A DNA stretch of 64,000 nucleotides from Amoebidium appalachense (Eukaryota; Protista; Ichthyosporea). The stretch spans positions 3,612,259 to 3,676,258 of the forward strand of contig CAVNZM010000002.1 in the NCBI GenBank assembly GCA_963693365.1, read 5' to 3'. The stretch's first letter is position 1. The number at the start of each line of letters is the position of its first letter. A program made the translations under genes and the position numbers. This document shows, piece after piece, positions 44,930 through 57,630 of this stretch. The notes beneath the pieces are model-generated. The model saw only the letters and a list, made by a program, of their open reading frames with translations, was not told where the DNA came from and searched no databases.

Positions 44930-47079
44930 GGAGATGGATGGATGTTGGGTGCGTGGGTGTGTGGGTGTGGGTAGGTGGGCCCCTTAATGGGTGGGTATGT
45001 GTACCATCAGATGGTCATTAAAGGTATTTAGACTATTTAGACTCGGTCATAAAAGCTAAGTATATTAGCAATCTGCCTAACAAATACAAGGCGGTACTTT
45101 GCGGTCGTATGTGGGTACAGTGCATACTGTGAGGGCTACAGCGGCAATTTGTGGTGTGACATATAATAGCGTTGATTTCCTGTTGACTTCATGTTTTATT
45201 TTGGCTTTGCCTATATATGGTGTGACCATAAAACCGCGTGATTTCTATAAAATATGATCCCGGAGCAACGCAGTCATGTGTCATATATGTTCACACATGT
45301 GCACACAGTATCTGCCGTATTATGAACGCAGTGTGGATTTAACATATTACACAGAGTTTTTGTCAAACATGACTAAACCAACATACGTGCACACAGTACC
45401 AAAACTAACATTTGCGCCACACCGCACACGTCTAACATATATGCACACAGACATCTAACATACATGCACACAGTACCTGTCAAACATACATGCATACAGT
45501 ACCCGTCTAACATACATGCACACAGTACCCATCTAACATACATGCACACAGTGCCTATCTAACTGACAGATGTGCAGAAAGTGCCTTTATAAATAATATA
45601 AATAACATACATGCACACAGTACCTGTCAAACATACATGCATACAGTACCCGTCTAACATACATGCACACAGTACCCATCTAACATACATGCACACAGTG
45701 CCTATCTAACTGACAGATGTGCAGAAAGTGCCTTTATAAATAATATAAATGCACACATAACCTATCTAACCAACATGTGTGCGCACAGTACCTATCTAAC
45801 CAATATGTATGCCAACAGTACCCATCTAACCAACACATATGCACACAGTACCTATCTAACACATATGCACACAGTACCTATCTAACCAACATGTATGCAC
45901 ACAGTATTTATCTAACACACACACATGCACACAGTACCTGAGCAGTAACCAGCTGCGCAGTCTTCCACCCGCTATTGGAAACCTCAAAGCCCTGCAGGCT
46001 CTGGACTTGGACAACAACAAACTGTATGGGCCAACCCTGGGAAAAGGAGGGGGGGGGGGGGGGGGGGGGGAGGGGGGAGGGGGGGGGGGTTGTGTGAGTG
46101 TGAGCGTTACCACGTCGTTTTGTATGTAATATGCTCCCAGCCGGTGTTATTATCTCCCTCACTTATTCAGACATCTCGGATCAGGATCCAAAAGTGTATG
46201 AATACGCGAGGTGTATTATATGCCAAAAAAAAACACGACATTTCTATGGGAGAATAGCTAACATGGTGTTGTGTCCATGTTAATTATATAGGTAAATGGG
46301 AGATCTTTCAAACTGTCTCTTTACATATATACCATCGTGCAGGGCCGGCCGTGTATTGATATGCTGATATGTCAATAAGGTGTATGATTTTACCTCGGGG
46401 CTACTGTATCGTCATTTCTGATTGGTTCTCTCACCGGTGCAGGACCACTCTACCGGAGGAGATAGGCCAGCTGACGTCACTGAAAGAGTTCTACTGCAGA
46501 TACAACAGCCTTGATTGCTTGCCGGATTCCATCGGTATTCCCACCTTCCCTCCGAGGCATAGGAACCCCCCTGATGATGGGCTCTGTTCAAGTGTCTTCT
46601 GCCTGCGCTCTTCTCATTTTTGGACGTTTTTGTTGTTGCTCTTTGTGGTTTCCTTCATATTTCCAACCCTCTAACGCATACATCACCCCCCCCCCCCCCC
46701 CCCCCCAACAACAACAAAAAAAAAAAAAAAACATGTGGAAAGAATTGGATGAGCTCTTCTTATGGTGCATTCTTTTTGCAGTGTCCCCCCCCCCCCTCCC
46801 CCCCCCCTTCTCTCCCACCCCCTCTTCCCCCCCCCCCCCCCCCCTCTACAATCTGCCTTGTGAAATGTTCCTGCTATCAGCCTTCACACATTCTTTACTC
46901 CCCCCTCCCCCTCTCCCCCCCCCCCCCCCCCCCCCCCCCCCTCTCTCTTTCTCTCACTCCCCCTGCATTGTGTCTACACCAAAAGAGGGAAATTGACGTG
47001 CATTACGTGCCCTGGCTTAGGCAAACCCTCCCTCACTTGCCCAATTAACAACATAATCCACACAACACATTCACACAGA

Positions 47080-47112
<33 letters not shown>

Positions 47113-47493
47113 CAAAAAAAAAGGGGGGGGGGGGGGGAGGGGGGGGGGGCTGAGAATTGTGTGTTGCTCAAGTACTCAGCCTGCCCCGCCCTCTCCCCCT
47201 CCCCCCCTCCCCCCTCCTCCCAGGCCAACTCCACCATTTGGAGCTTCTCTATGTTGGCGGCAACAAGCTCTCCTCCCTTCCCAAATCCATCGTCCTGTTG
47301 CGAAATCTCAGATGGCTTGACCTCAGTGCAAACAACCTCTCAACGTAAGTTTCACCCCCTCTACCCTTGCACTCAACACACAAACACGCACACATGCATG
47401 CACACGCGCATGCAAAAACACGAACACACGGGCAGGCAGACTTAGGCACGGACAAGGATGCACAAACATGTGCGCGCACACACATAAAAGCAC

Positions 47494-47563
<70 letters not shown>

Positions 47564-47736
47564 GTGCCCGTGCCCGTGATCTACTCACATCCCCTCTCAC
47601 CAATGATGATCGTCTGTTGGTGCTGCATATCTTGTAAAAATTGAGCTATTTTCTTTGGCTTTAGCGCTTTGTTCATGTGCCACATCCCAAGCACTACGCC
47701 TTCGTCCTCACCCCCCCCCCACCAACCCCCCCCTCC

Positions 47737-47829
<93 letters not shown>

Positions 47830-48395
47830 ACACACACATACACACACACATACACACACACACACCACCTCCACCACCACCAGCACTACTACCACCAGCA
47901 CCACCACCTACACCCCCACAATAACAATCTCACCATTACCCGCTTACGCCCATGCACCGAACCCTCGACACACACACACACACACGCTCGCTCGCTCACA
48001 CACACGCACACACACACACACACACAGGGCCAGACTGGACTCCCTCGAAAAACTATGTAAACTCGAATATCTCAATCTGAGCAGAAACCAACTACGCGGT
48101 ACATATCCCTCCCCTCCCCCCCCCCCCCCCCCCCCCCCCCCCCTCTCTATAAGTCCACCGAGGATGAGTTTTTGCTAGTATTGCACGATTAACGGTTCCT
48201 GATGTTGCATTCTACATTTTTTGACTTTGTGTGTGTCCTGCACCGTTTTTCTCATCGTGTAGTTGCACTTCGTACCGTCTCCAGCAGCATTCTACCCCCC
48301 CCCCCCCCCCCCTTTTTTTTTTTAAAAAAAAAAAAAAATACCTTGTGATATCTCCTCCATGCTTTCCACACTCTACTGCATGCATCCCCCCTGCA

Positions 48396-48431
<36 letters not shown>

Positions 48432-49367
48432 CCTCCCCTCCCCCTCTCCCCGTCCCCCCCTTCATGCACCTGTGTGTTGCCAGTCATCTTTCCGCACATA
48501 AAAATGTGCTAACGTCCCTTCCTCATTGGTCCATTAAAACCCAAATCACAGAGGCGCCGCGTGTTCTCGTGCACATGGCCAGTCTGCGTGAGGTTCGTCT
48601 GGACAGCAATCTGATTGGCTGGCTGCCTGCTTCTGTGATGCGATTGGCCCAGAGGCCACGCATGGACCTGAGCATAGACGGCAACCCGTGCCTCAGCCAT
48701 GCCAATGCCCACGTTGTTGCCGTGGAGGTGTGTGATTGGTTGGATCTGTTCATCACGTGTTATCTGTGTGTGTGTTTGTGTTGGTGTGTCGCTAACCTCT
48801 TTCGGCTAACCTCGATCTTGATCTCAATCTCCATCGTGTCTTCTTTCGAAGCTCCACTTCCATAATTCCACCCTCTAATGTACGCATCCCCCCCCCTCCC
48901 CCCCCCCCCCCCCCCCCCCACCTCTCCCCTCCCCTCCCTCTTCAACACATGCACAACACATGCACACACACGTACACACATGCACACACACACACACACC
49001 TGTCCACATGTACACACGTAGACCCGTGCCCCCCCCCCCCCGTCCCCCCCCAAACACACACACACACACACACACACAGGCGGAGACTCCAGACCCCACC
49101 TTCGACCCCGACCGACCAGTGAGGCGTCTGCAGGAGATTGCAGCCATTGCCCTCCTCAATACCAGTGCACAGTTCCATGCAGCCCACCTGCCTCCATCCG
49201 TTCTTACCTGGTATGTTCTTTTCTTTGTGTTTTTTTGTTGTTTTTTTTTTGGTGGTGGTGTGGGAAGGGGGGAGGGTTTCCGTTTGTTTTCTTTTTTTCA
49301 ATCCTCCTTTTTTTCCCTCCTAAGTTGGTAGGGAAAACGGGCAGCCACGTACCCGTGTGCCCCCCCC

Positions 49368-49414
<47 letters not shown>

Positions 49415-50148
49415 ACACAGACCTAACTCCTGACCCCCTGCCCCCCCCCCCCCCCCCCCCCCCCGCGCGCGAAAAGTGTAGCTGACATGCACTCTCTTTT
49501 TCTAAGCCATGCCTTATCACCGCCCTCTCCTCTCCTCATATTCCCTATTTATGCTGCCCTTCCGGCAGGCGGTCGATTGGAGGGTAAAGGGGGAAGGGCT
49601 GGGGGGGGGGGACTGGCTGGTTGCTTACGTTAGGCATGCTGCAGGTTGGAAACTGGAGCTCCCTGTGACGTTTGCTCACAAATTGTCTTTGAGGGCCACC
49701 GTATTGCAACCACGAGTACAACGGTACTTACCCTCCCCCCCCCTCCCCCCTCCCCCCCCCCCCCCCTCCCCACCACCACCACCACCACTACCACCCCCCC
49801 CCCCCCCCCCCCCTCCATCACCCCCCAAAAAAAAGAGGAGGAAGAACTTAGGGAAGGAAGAAGGAGGATGGGGCAAAATAAGAAAAGAGGTAATACAAAC
49901 TTGTGATCCTGGGTCAGCTTCGTGAGACGCGTGAAAGTGTTATAGAAATGTGATGCGAACCTATTCTCAGAGCCAATGCCAACCAACCCCTTCAACGTAG
50001 TGTACTATTGGTACAGTGTTTATGTAAACTCTTCGTTTCCGTTCCAAGCAAACACATCACCACACAGCACATACTCGCATTCATCCACATGCATGGACAC
50101 GCACACGGGCATTCGAGCACAGCCACACACACGCGCGCGCGTGCGCGT

Positions 50149-50179
<31 letters not shown>

Positions 50180-50267
50180 GTCACACACACAGTCATTAAA
50201 TCAATCAATCAATCAATCTACTCACACAAACTCACTCCTCAATCAACATACAAACACACTCAATCTA

Positions 50268-50349
<82 letters not shown>

Positions 50350-50496
50350 ACACACATACACACACATACACACACCCACGTGCAGACTCTGCATCGCTGT
50401 GCCGTGCCTGTTCTCTCTCTTGCCTGCTCCACAAGGTGCTCAGAGCAGGCGCCGGGTAGTCTTTCGCCAGACGTCAATAGCGCCCAGGCTGCCTAA
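40549..50496 (+). CDS. Leucine-rich-repeat protein with C-terminal BC/SOCS-box-like motif and CxxC...CSxxC (LRRC58/LRRC28-like), ~484 aa, 14 exons
   Basis: Phase-consistent exons 40549-40677, 41162-41233, 42177-42255, 43259-43335, 44209-44340, 44686-44787, 45935-46023, 46443-46534, 47224-47344, 48034-48098, 48552-48727, 49080-49210, 49645-49723, 50386-50496. Repeated LxxLxLxxNxLxxLPxxIG, DGNP cap, [12 protein letters not shown]...LPPSVLTWL...CDVCSQIVF...[12 protein letters not shown]. An acceptor at 40527 suggests a further upstream exon. Confidence 0.9.
43740..43945. repeat. ~27-bp minisatellite (TGTGCACA palindrome core), ~8 units
   Basis: ACTGTGTGCACACTTGTTAAAACAGGTC / ATGTGTGCACATCTGTTAGAGCATGA units in tandem. 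Confidence 0.85.
45375..45940 (+). repeat. 25-29-bp minisatellite built from the 3' splice site of LRR exon 7, including a ~146-bp higher-order duplication
   Basis: Unit TCTAAC-(CAAC)ATACAT-GCACACAG-TACCTA; 45456-45601 is repeated at ~45603-45748; the last unit is the real acceptor at 45934/45935. Confidence 0.9.
46553..46685 (+). mobile_element. Dispersed repeat family B copy
   Basis: Matches 31018-31169 and the reverse complement of ~62508-62585; ends ACGCATACATCA then a C-tract. Confidence 0.75.
48205..48293 (+). mobile_element. Family A 3' fragment
   Basis: TGTGTCCTGCACCGTTTTTCTCATCGTGTA...CTTCGTACCGT...GCATTCTA then a C-tract. Confidence 0.65.
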
Positions 50497-52684
50497 CTCC
50501 AACAACAACAACCCCCCATCCCCCCCCCCCCCCCCCCCCCCCCCCGGAAAAAAAACCCCCCCAAAAAAAACCCCCACCACCATAACCACCACGTCCACCG
50601 GCCATTCCGCCTTCCACCCCAGGCCCCTAATCCCCATACTAAACCCCTTCTCACCGACCCCTTACGGCTCACGCATTCTCTGTCATGAAAATCTGCATTG
50701 TAAATATTACGAAACGAATGTTCGAAAACGGAGCATAGGATGTGCTAGCTGGGTTTTTCTCTTGCATGCCTGAAAATGCAATGGGTTAAAAGCTGTTGGT
50801 TGAGGGGGACAATGCTATTTCTGGGAATTTCGAATCAAATATCGTTACGCTTCTGCTTCTGTCGTTTGTATTGCTTGTGCGAAGAAGTGTGTTGCCGTGT
50901 TTGAAATTTTGAATGATTGAGGATTAGGTTGTTGTGTTGATCATATCATCATCAGTCCTTGCATTATGGGATGTATTGAACGATTTGCTTTTTGGGAATT
51001 CGGTGTTTTGGGCATTGCGCGGAATAGTGGTTAATTTAAAGCGTGCGCACTTTTTTACTCGGGGCAATCTTTGCATACAGCACATCGACTAAACGGTCTG
51101 CGATGGCGGAAAAAAATGCCCACCCAGTTTTGAGGTTTTATAAGGGATTCCGAACGTGTAGCTGTACAAAGATGTTAAGCTTTGTGATATATATGTAGTT
51201 TCCTTCAGTTTCGAGTCCAAACACTTATTTCTATATTATGCTGGTTGCACATTCGAATGGATGTATTGTAAATGTATTCAGTTCACTAATTAACGAAGTG
51301 TTATCAATCGGGACTGCAACGAAAGAACATGCCTGTGGGATTGATATTGGCGATGTAACGGAAATTACTTACTTGTGATACAAGATACTTACATGTATGG
51401 GCTTTTGTATATATCCAAGGCACGAATAATAAAATCAGAACCATTCTGAAGACACTGCAGGATTGTGGGCTGTGAATACTCGTCTTCTTGTTGCAGTGCC
51501 TGTGTAATATATTTCTGTTTGTGTGCTCCTTTTTTTTTTTTTTTTTTTTTAGTTCTTCACTTTTTGGATTTTTAGCCTCCATTACTGGACAAGCCGCAAT
51601 TCCCCCCCCCCCCCCCCCCCCCCCCCCCCCACACACACACACCACCACCACCACCACCACACCCACCCACACACCCACACACCCACACTCTCCCCCGGGC
51701 AGGGACCCTCCCCGGCCCCACCGCACACATTTTCATAGTACTTCTATTATTATCAGAGACACGTGCACACACGCGTACAGGAATTCGAACGTGCAAGCAC
51801 ATGCACCCACACACGCACCCACACATGTACACGCACAAGTGCAGTGCCACACAGACACACACACCGTAATGTCACCCGGCCCACCTCTCCCTCCGCTATA
51901 GCTCTACGAGCAGTGCCCATGGGCTGGCCTTAGCTAAGCTGACACGAGGATCCGGAAGGCTATGGCCCCTTAGCAAGCCCACTGGATTGCTCCGGGCCCA
52001 GGGCCCCGATCCTTCCCTTCGGCCCAGGAGGCCCAGCCTGCCAGGGGCCTGAAATGCCGAGTCATGCATGCACACACGCACGCGTGTTCAACTTGTGGCG
52101 GTCATTCACATTCTCCTTTCAGATTTGCGCTTGTGTACACTTGTGTGCTTTTCATTCACGTGCACGGTGGTACACGCTAGATGACACACGATAGGCGGTA
52201 CCAGCGTCTACTCTTCACGGCCGACGTGGCGACTGCTTTCGTGGCACTTGACTACCAATCAAACGCGACATGTATAGCCAAATAAAGTTGTTTTGCAATC
52301 TGGCCGATAAATCTGGCCAATCGTGACAGGCCAGCGTCACTGAGTGACGGGTGCGCGCAAGATCTGCAGCCTCGGGCAAAAGGTACCAAACGCTTGTACC
52401 CACCCCAGACAAACACAGACAGACGTAGTCGCAAATTAGCCCTGGCGCAAAAGAACAGTACATGTACACTGGCTTGGTCTATCTCCATACCGGCAATATA
52501 TAGGGAGTGTCAGATATACTGTACTCTACTCTCGAGCTCACATTATATCACGTGCATATGCATGTGTGATACGTACGTTCACTATATCGTTTTGCACACC
52601 GCTTCGGACGGTCCGAGGTTTTCTACCCCAACTCCTGCCTGCTATACGCCATCAGCTCCATTCCCACCTACCACCACCGTTACC

Positions 52685-53359
52685 ATGGGTCTCCTCGTTT
52701 CACGCATGATGGAATACCTGTGGGGTAACCTTAACGCACGCATCATCATGGTGGGTCTGGACGCCGCAGGCAAAACCACCATCCTCTACCGCCTTAAACT
52801 CAACGAAAACGTTGTGACTATTCCAACTATTGGCTTCAACGTGGAAACTGTCGACTACAAGAACGTCAACTTTACCGTGTGGGATGTGGGCGGACAGACA
52901 ACCATCCGCCCCCTGTGGCGCCACTACTTCCAGGGCACACAGGGAGTCATTTTCGTGGTGGATTCGGTGGACTCCATGAGGTTTGAGGAGGTAAGTGCGC
53001 GTCTGTGTCTATTTGATCCCGGCCACTCAAAATTAGCTAAACTGTGGGCCCCAAACCCCTCGAAATACACACACATGTACACTGCGGTGCCACTCGTGCA
53101 CTTACTCAAATTCATGCTAACCATTTTATCAAATGTGCTACACACACTCGAACACATACACACAAACAACAACACAAACACACACACACACACAGACACA
53201 CAAAACACACAGAAACAAGCACAAACGTGCACGCACGACTCACCCGATAGGGGGGAGGGGGAGGCGCTGCCCGGGGGGGTGGGGGGTGGGGGGGGGTGGG
53301 AGTATGTATGTGTGTAGGGGAGGGAGGGGGGCAGGGTGGAGGGGAGGGAGGGAGGGAAT

Positions 53360-53390
<31 letters not shown>

Positions 53391-53763
53391 ATACGAGAAG
53401 CATGGGGCTGCACACTTTTTTCCGTAAATTTTTACCATTACTGACACCTAAAATCAATACCGTTCCGCACTTCCACAGGCCCAAGATGAGCTTTCGCACA
53501 TGCTGTCCGACGATGAACTCCGCAATGCCTGCCTGTTGGTCCTCGCAAACAAATCTGACATGCCGGGCGCGGCCTCGGCTACAAAAGTCGCCGACGCCCT
53601 TAAACTCACCGCTATAAGGGGAAGAAACTGGCACGTTCAATCTACGAGTGCCGTAACAGGAGAGGGCCTGTACGAGGGATTGGATTGGTTGGCTTCAGCG
53701 GTGCGGGATATGGGCAGAGCCGGTGAGGGAGGAAGCTTTGGGAGCAGCAGGCGGTTTTATTAG
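52685..53763 (+). CDS. ARF: ADP-ribosylation factor (ARF) family small GTPase, divergent, 196 aa, 2 exons
   Basis: Exons 52685-52990 (GAG|GTAAGT) and 53479-53763. MG myristoylation start, [52 protein letters not shown]. Confidence 0.95.
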
Positions 53764-54048
53764 AGGGATCTGATTGGGTTGGGCAGAACCTTGATCTTTT
53801 ATCAGAAGCATCTGATTGCCGGTTTTATTGGAGACTGGGAGGGGGTTAAGACATTCGAGGTATACGGTACTCGTCCTGTGGTTTTTTGGGTTGTAATGAG
53901 GAATCGAGATGTTTTTTATGAATTTAAGTCTTTCATCGAGATCCTATGATTTCCAGCGGACATATTTTCTATACCATAGCCCCCGATTCCAATGAGATTA
54001 CAATCCCCCCTCCCTCCCCTCCCCCCTTTCCCCCCCCTCCCCCCCCCC

Positions 54049-54079
<31 letters not shown>

Positions 54080-54447
54080 ACAAACACACACATACATACA
54101 GACACCCGGCCGTATTTGCACATCCTATTAAAATACAAATTCCACTACGGATAGGGTGCTGTGCGGCAAAAGTATATTGCTCACCGTGACGATAGTATGG
54201 TTTTTCCTTTTTTCGGGTTCTTTTCCTATTGTTTCTTTGCAGGTTATATGAAGGTAGCTCTTCGTTTGGAATTGGTGAATTTTATCTGAAACACGACTGA
54301 AATAAAGTTACACGAAAACGAAATGTTGAATTGTGCCATTGGGGCACCACCTGATTTTTTCCAGTCATGATTTTGTCCCGTGCAAACTGCTAGGTTGACG
54401 CACAATATGTTGTATTTTGAAATGTGCGGGTAAGTGTGTGTGTGTGC

Positions 54448-54578
<131 letters not shown>

Positions 54579-55296
54579 CTAATCGGTTGGCTAGCGGTAT
54601 GGGGCAGGCGCCTAAGGGGGGGGGGGGGAGGGGGAGGGGGCTGTTCTACTAATGGTGGTGGTAGCAAAGCATAAGTGTGCTCAAATTTGATGTACTTAAC
54701 GTATGTGAACCGGGGGGAGGGGGTGGTGGTGGTGGTGGGGTGGGGGGGAGGGGGGGGGAAGGGGGGTCATGTGAGTGAACACTGCCACTATAACTTCAAC
54801 CACGACGTTCTTGGCCTTGTTTGTACAACTAGTATCTCAAGCACAGAATATCATGATCAGTTCTGCTGTGCTTTATCCCTTTACGGCATTTTTTTATATG
54901 GCAATATTATCACAAAGTGCATTACGAGAAAATTGAAGTAGTCCGTATTACGAACACAAAAGCATGCAGAAGGAAAAGCGCACGTTAACGGCAACTTGTC
55001 GTAGCAAGTGCTTGGTTACATTCAATGATCAGGTGCAAATCAAATAGATTCAGGTGTCCACCACAACATTAATTACAATTGGATTTTCTTGCTTTCTCTA
55101 AAATTTCCCCTTGAGAGTTTTCTCAGCAAAGGACCCCCCCCCCCCCCCCCCCGGAGCCACCCCTTTCTACCCCCGTCCCCCCCCCCCCCCCCCCCCCCCC
55201 CAAAAAAAAAGAAAGGAAACATGTATCATATGATGACACTGGATAATACCAACGAATATTCCCTCAAATAATAGCATAAAGAACATCCACGATCAT

Positions 55297-56631
55297 TCAC
55301 ACTTTTTTAACCCCATCCTTGCACACCGGCTTGAGCTGTGTGACCGGCATATTCATCACCTCACGGTAGTGTTTGCGTGGCTCGTCAATTCCGTGTATTT
55401 TCTTCATGTGGAAAAAGAGGGCTGTGCACGTCGTGTAGTTTTTGTCGCAACTACCCATAATGCAGTTCCAATTTTTCTGACCTTTGTAATCCTCCGATTT
55501 CCCCCTTACCCCCGGCTTCACTTTGTTTCGAGAACTAAAGTTAATTGTGCTTGGCTCATCGTGCACGATCTCCCGTTTGGTTGTGGTGGTGATGGGTTTT
55601 GTTTTTTTGTTTCTGTTTTCGGACTTCTGCACACGAGAGTTCTTGGTTTTGGGCCTCCTAAGGCAAGAAAGGGAATTCCGTTCGTCATTTGTAGAGGCTG
55701 GGGGTGTGCTTGTTACGAGTTCAGGAAGTTCGTTGTATTTTCGCTCCTGGGTGGTTGGATAGTCACCATTCACGTGCCCCTCAGACTCACCCAGCGAAAA
55801 ACTGAGATCCTCCGTATTACTGTGTGCACGTGCATACGGTGTTTTATCTGACATCCCTGTTGGTTTTTCTTCTTTAAAACTCGGGGGTTTCGGAGGGGTT
55901 AGAGCCGTTCCTATGCCTGTTTGTTTCTTTTGGTTTTTCTCGTTGCACCAGATTTCGCACATTGTGTCTGTCTTTGTGATTTTTGGGTTGTTGCAAGTAT
56001 TGTCGAATGTATGGGTTTTCATTTTGGTGGCGTGAATCGTCTCCTTTTCCAAGTATCTGCTTGTTGGTTGTGTGACAAGGGGAGGCAATTCCGGGGCTCT
56101 AAGGTTTGCAATGCCAGATTGGGAAACGACGATCCTTGGCGTATCAAAATCCGTGTTTGAGGGTGCAAACACCCCATGGAGCGAGCTTTTGTCTTCACCC
56201 AACTGTTCTTGCAATTGCACAGTCCATTCCATGTTGCAGCTTTCATATTCGTTAATGTTTTTGGGTGTGGGTGTGTGAAACAGGTGGTTTCGTTGGGTTT
56301 TTATGGTTGGAAAGTGTATTTTTTGGCTGTGAACACCCATGCGTGTATGATTGAGGTACCCCCAAAAAACATGGGAATTTCCGCTCATGTTAGTTTTGGT
56401 GTTGTTCATTTGCAAGTGGTTTTGGATATCGGGGAGCTCCTGTGCGTGCATATCTGAGGTTCCTATGAAGGCGGGAGGCATCATGGGTGCGATGTCAAAA
56501 AAATGTTTGCTTGAAATTTCCGCTGCTTGGGTGTGTGTGAATGTCTGCGTGTCTGTGATTCTTTTTTTATGTGGGGATAGCGTGCACGTGTGTGCCTGGT
56601 GAATTGGCACATTGCCATTGAGCCGTGCCAT
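55297..56631 (-). CDS. Intronless 444-aa protein with a single C-terminal C2H2 zinc finger (paralogue 1)
   Basis: Long non-repetitive ORF; WNCIMGSCDKNYTTCTALFFHMKKIH = C-x4-C-x12-H-x4-H, preceded by a basic region. Start codon uncertain. Confidence 0.8.
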   Translation of the reverse strand: MARLNGNVPIHQAHTCTLSPHKKRITDTQTFTHTQAAEISSKHFFDIAPMMPPAFIGTSDMHAQELPDIQNHLQMNNTKTNMSGNSHVFWGYLNHTRMGVHSQKIHFPTIKTQRNHLFHTPTPKNINEYESCNMEWTVQLQEQLGEDKSSLHGVFAPSNTDFDTPRIVVSQSGIANLRAPELPPLVTQPTSRYLEKETIHATKMKTHTFDNTCNNPKITKTDTMCEIWCNEKNQKKQTGIGTALTPPKPPSFKEEKPTGMSDKTPYARAHSNTEDLSFSLGESEGHVNGDYPTTQERKYNELPELVTSTPPASTNDERNSLSCLRRPKTKNSRVQKSENRNKKTKPITTTTKREIVHDEPSTINFSSRNKVKPGVRGKSEDYKGQKNWNCIMGSCDKNYTTCTALFFHMKKIHGIDEPRKHYREVMNMPVTQLKPVCKDGVKKV

Positions 56632-57630
56632 TCTTGTTAAACTACAGAGCTACTGAACTATGTTTTTTTTCTATGCACAACCACTGTTTTCCTATGTAGT
56701 TTGGTTGTTCCTTCGCTTCTACTCGAAAGGATTGCGTTGGGCAAGAAGTAGAGTTCGAGCAATGTAGGTACGGGGCGGAAGGCGGGCTGGCAACTTGGCT
56801 CACAAATGGAATGCATGTGTTTCTATCGAAAACGCTGATCATTGGATGACCGAATCCATTTTCTCAGAGCCTACCAGAGGTCGAAAATTTCAAATTTTCC
56901 TTAATTAAAATACCCGGTTTCTGCTGTACATCCGTGAAGGTGCGTAATAGGCGGGGAAGGTCCAGCTGTGTTAATGTTTAGAACAGAACGTGATGAAACT
57001 GGAATTCTATATCATATAGGTACAGGAGAAGGAATAAAACCGTATTTCCTCCTGTTTTTGGTTCTTTTTTTCTTTTCAAGCGCTAGCTCAGGCAGCCCGG
57101 GCAGCTTACGCGTGAAGGACTCATAACGGTTATAATTGCCGGATTCCGATGTGCAACTAAATTAGAGCCCTGTCATCCTTATCACCGGTATGAGCCACGA
57201 GTTACGTAATGTGAGACTAAATGGAATGATTTATCACGAATAGGTGCCGCAAAAGCAGCCTTTTAAACTTTGAACCAATATAATTACACAAATATAAATT
57301 TAAATCGCATTTGATTGGTTGCTAGCGGGATCTATTCGAACATGAAGAGGCGGCAAGTGTTCGCCACCTTCTCACACACGTGCAAGCCCGCTTGCCCGCC
57401 ACCATGGCAAAGAAATAGCAACGTTCGCTCTCATTCTTACAGACTCAAAAACGGTTGAAGAACACTATGTCATATAGAGAAAACAGTAGTAACTGTTTTA
57501 TAGAAAACGACATAATTGATAATTCTAGCCCCACAGACACGTGTGCACATGTGAGAGTTGCCCCGCAAGAGACGTTTTTCACTGTTTGCACCACACTTCC
57601 ACAAACCCATTTTCGACACACGCACGCAAA
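56632..57630. promoter_or_regulatory. Putative bidirectional promoter between the zinc-finger paralogues
   Basis: ~1-kb repeat-free spacer; related GC-rich motifs in mirror orientation (GGGGCGGAAGGCGGGCTGGCA 56772-56792; TGCAAGCCCGCTTGCCCGCCACC 57381-57403); CCAAT/ATTGG at ~56841, ~57275 and ~57314. Confidence 0.45.

Noticed and set aside
45375-45940. CRISPR-like regular repeats
   Set aside because: Contiguous tandem units without unique spacers, in a eukaryotic intron, with no cas genes.
51910-52060. GC-rich potentially structured island upstream of ARF
   Set aside because: No recognisable RNA family, TIR or second copy.
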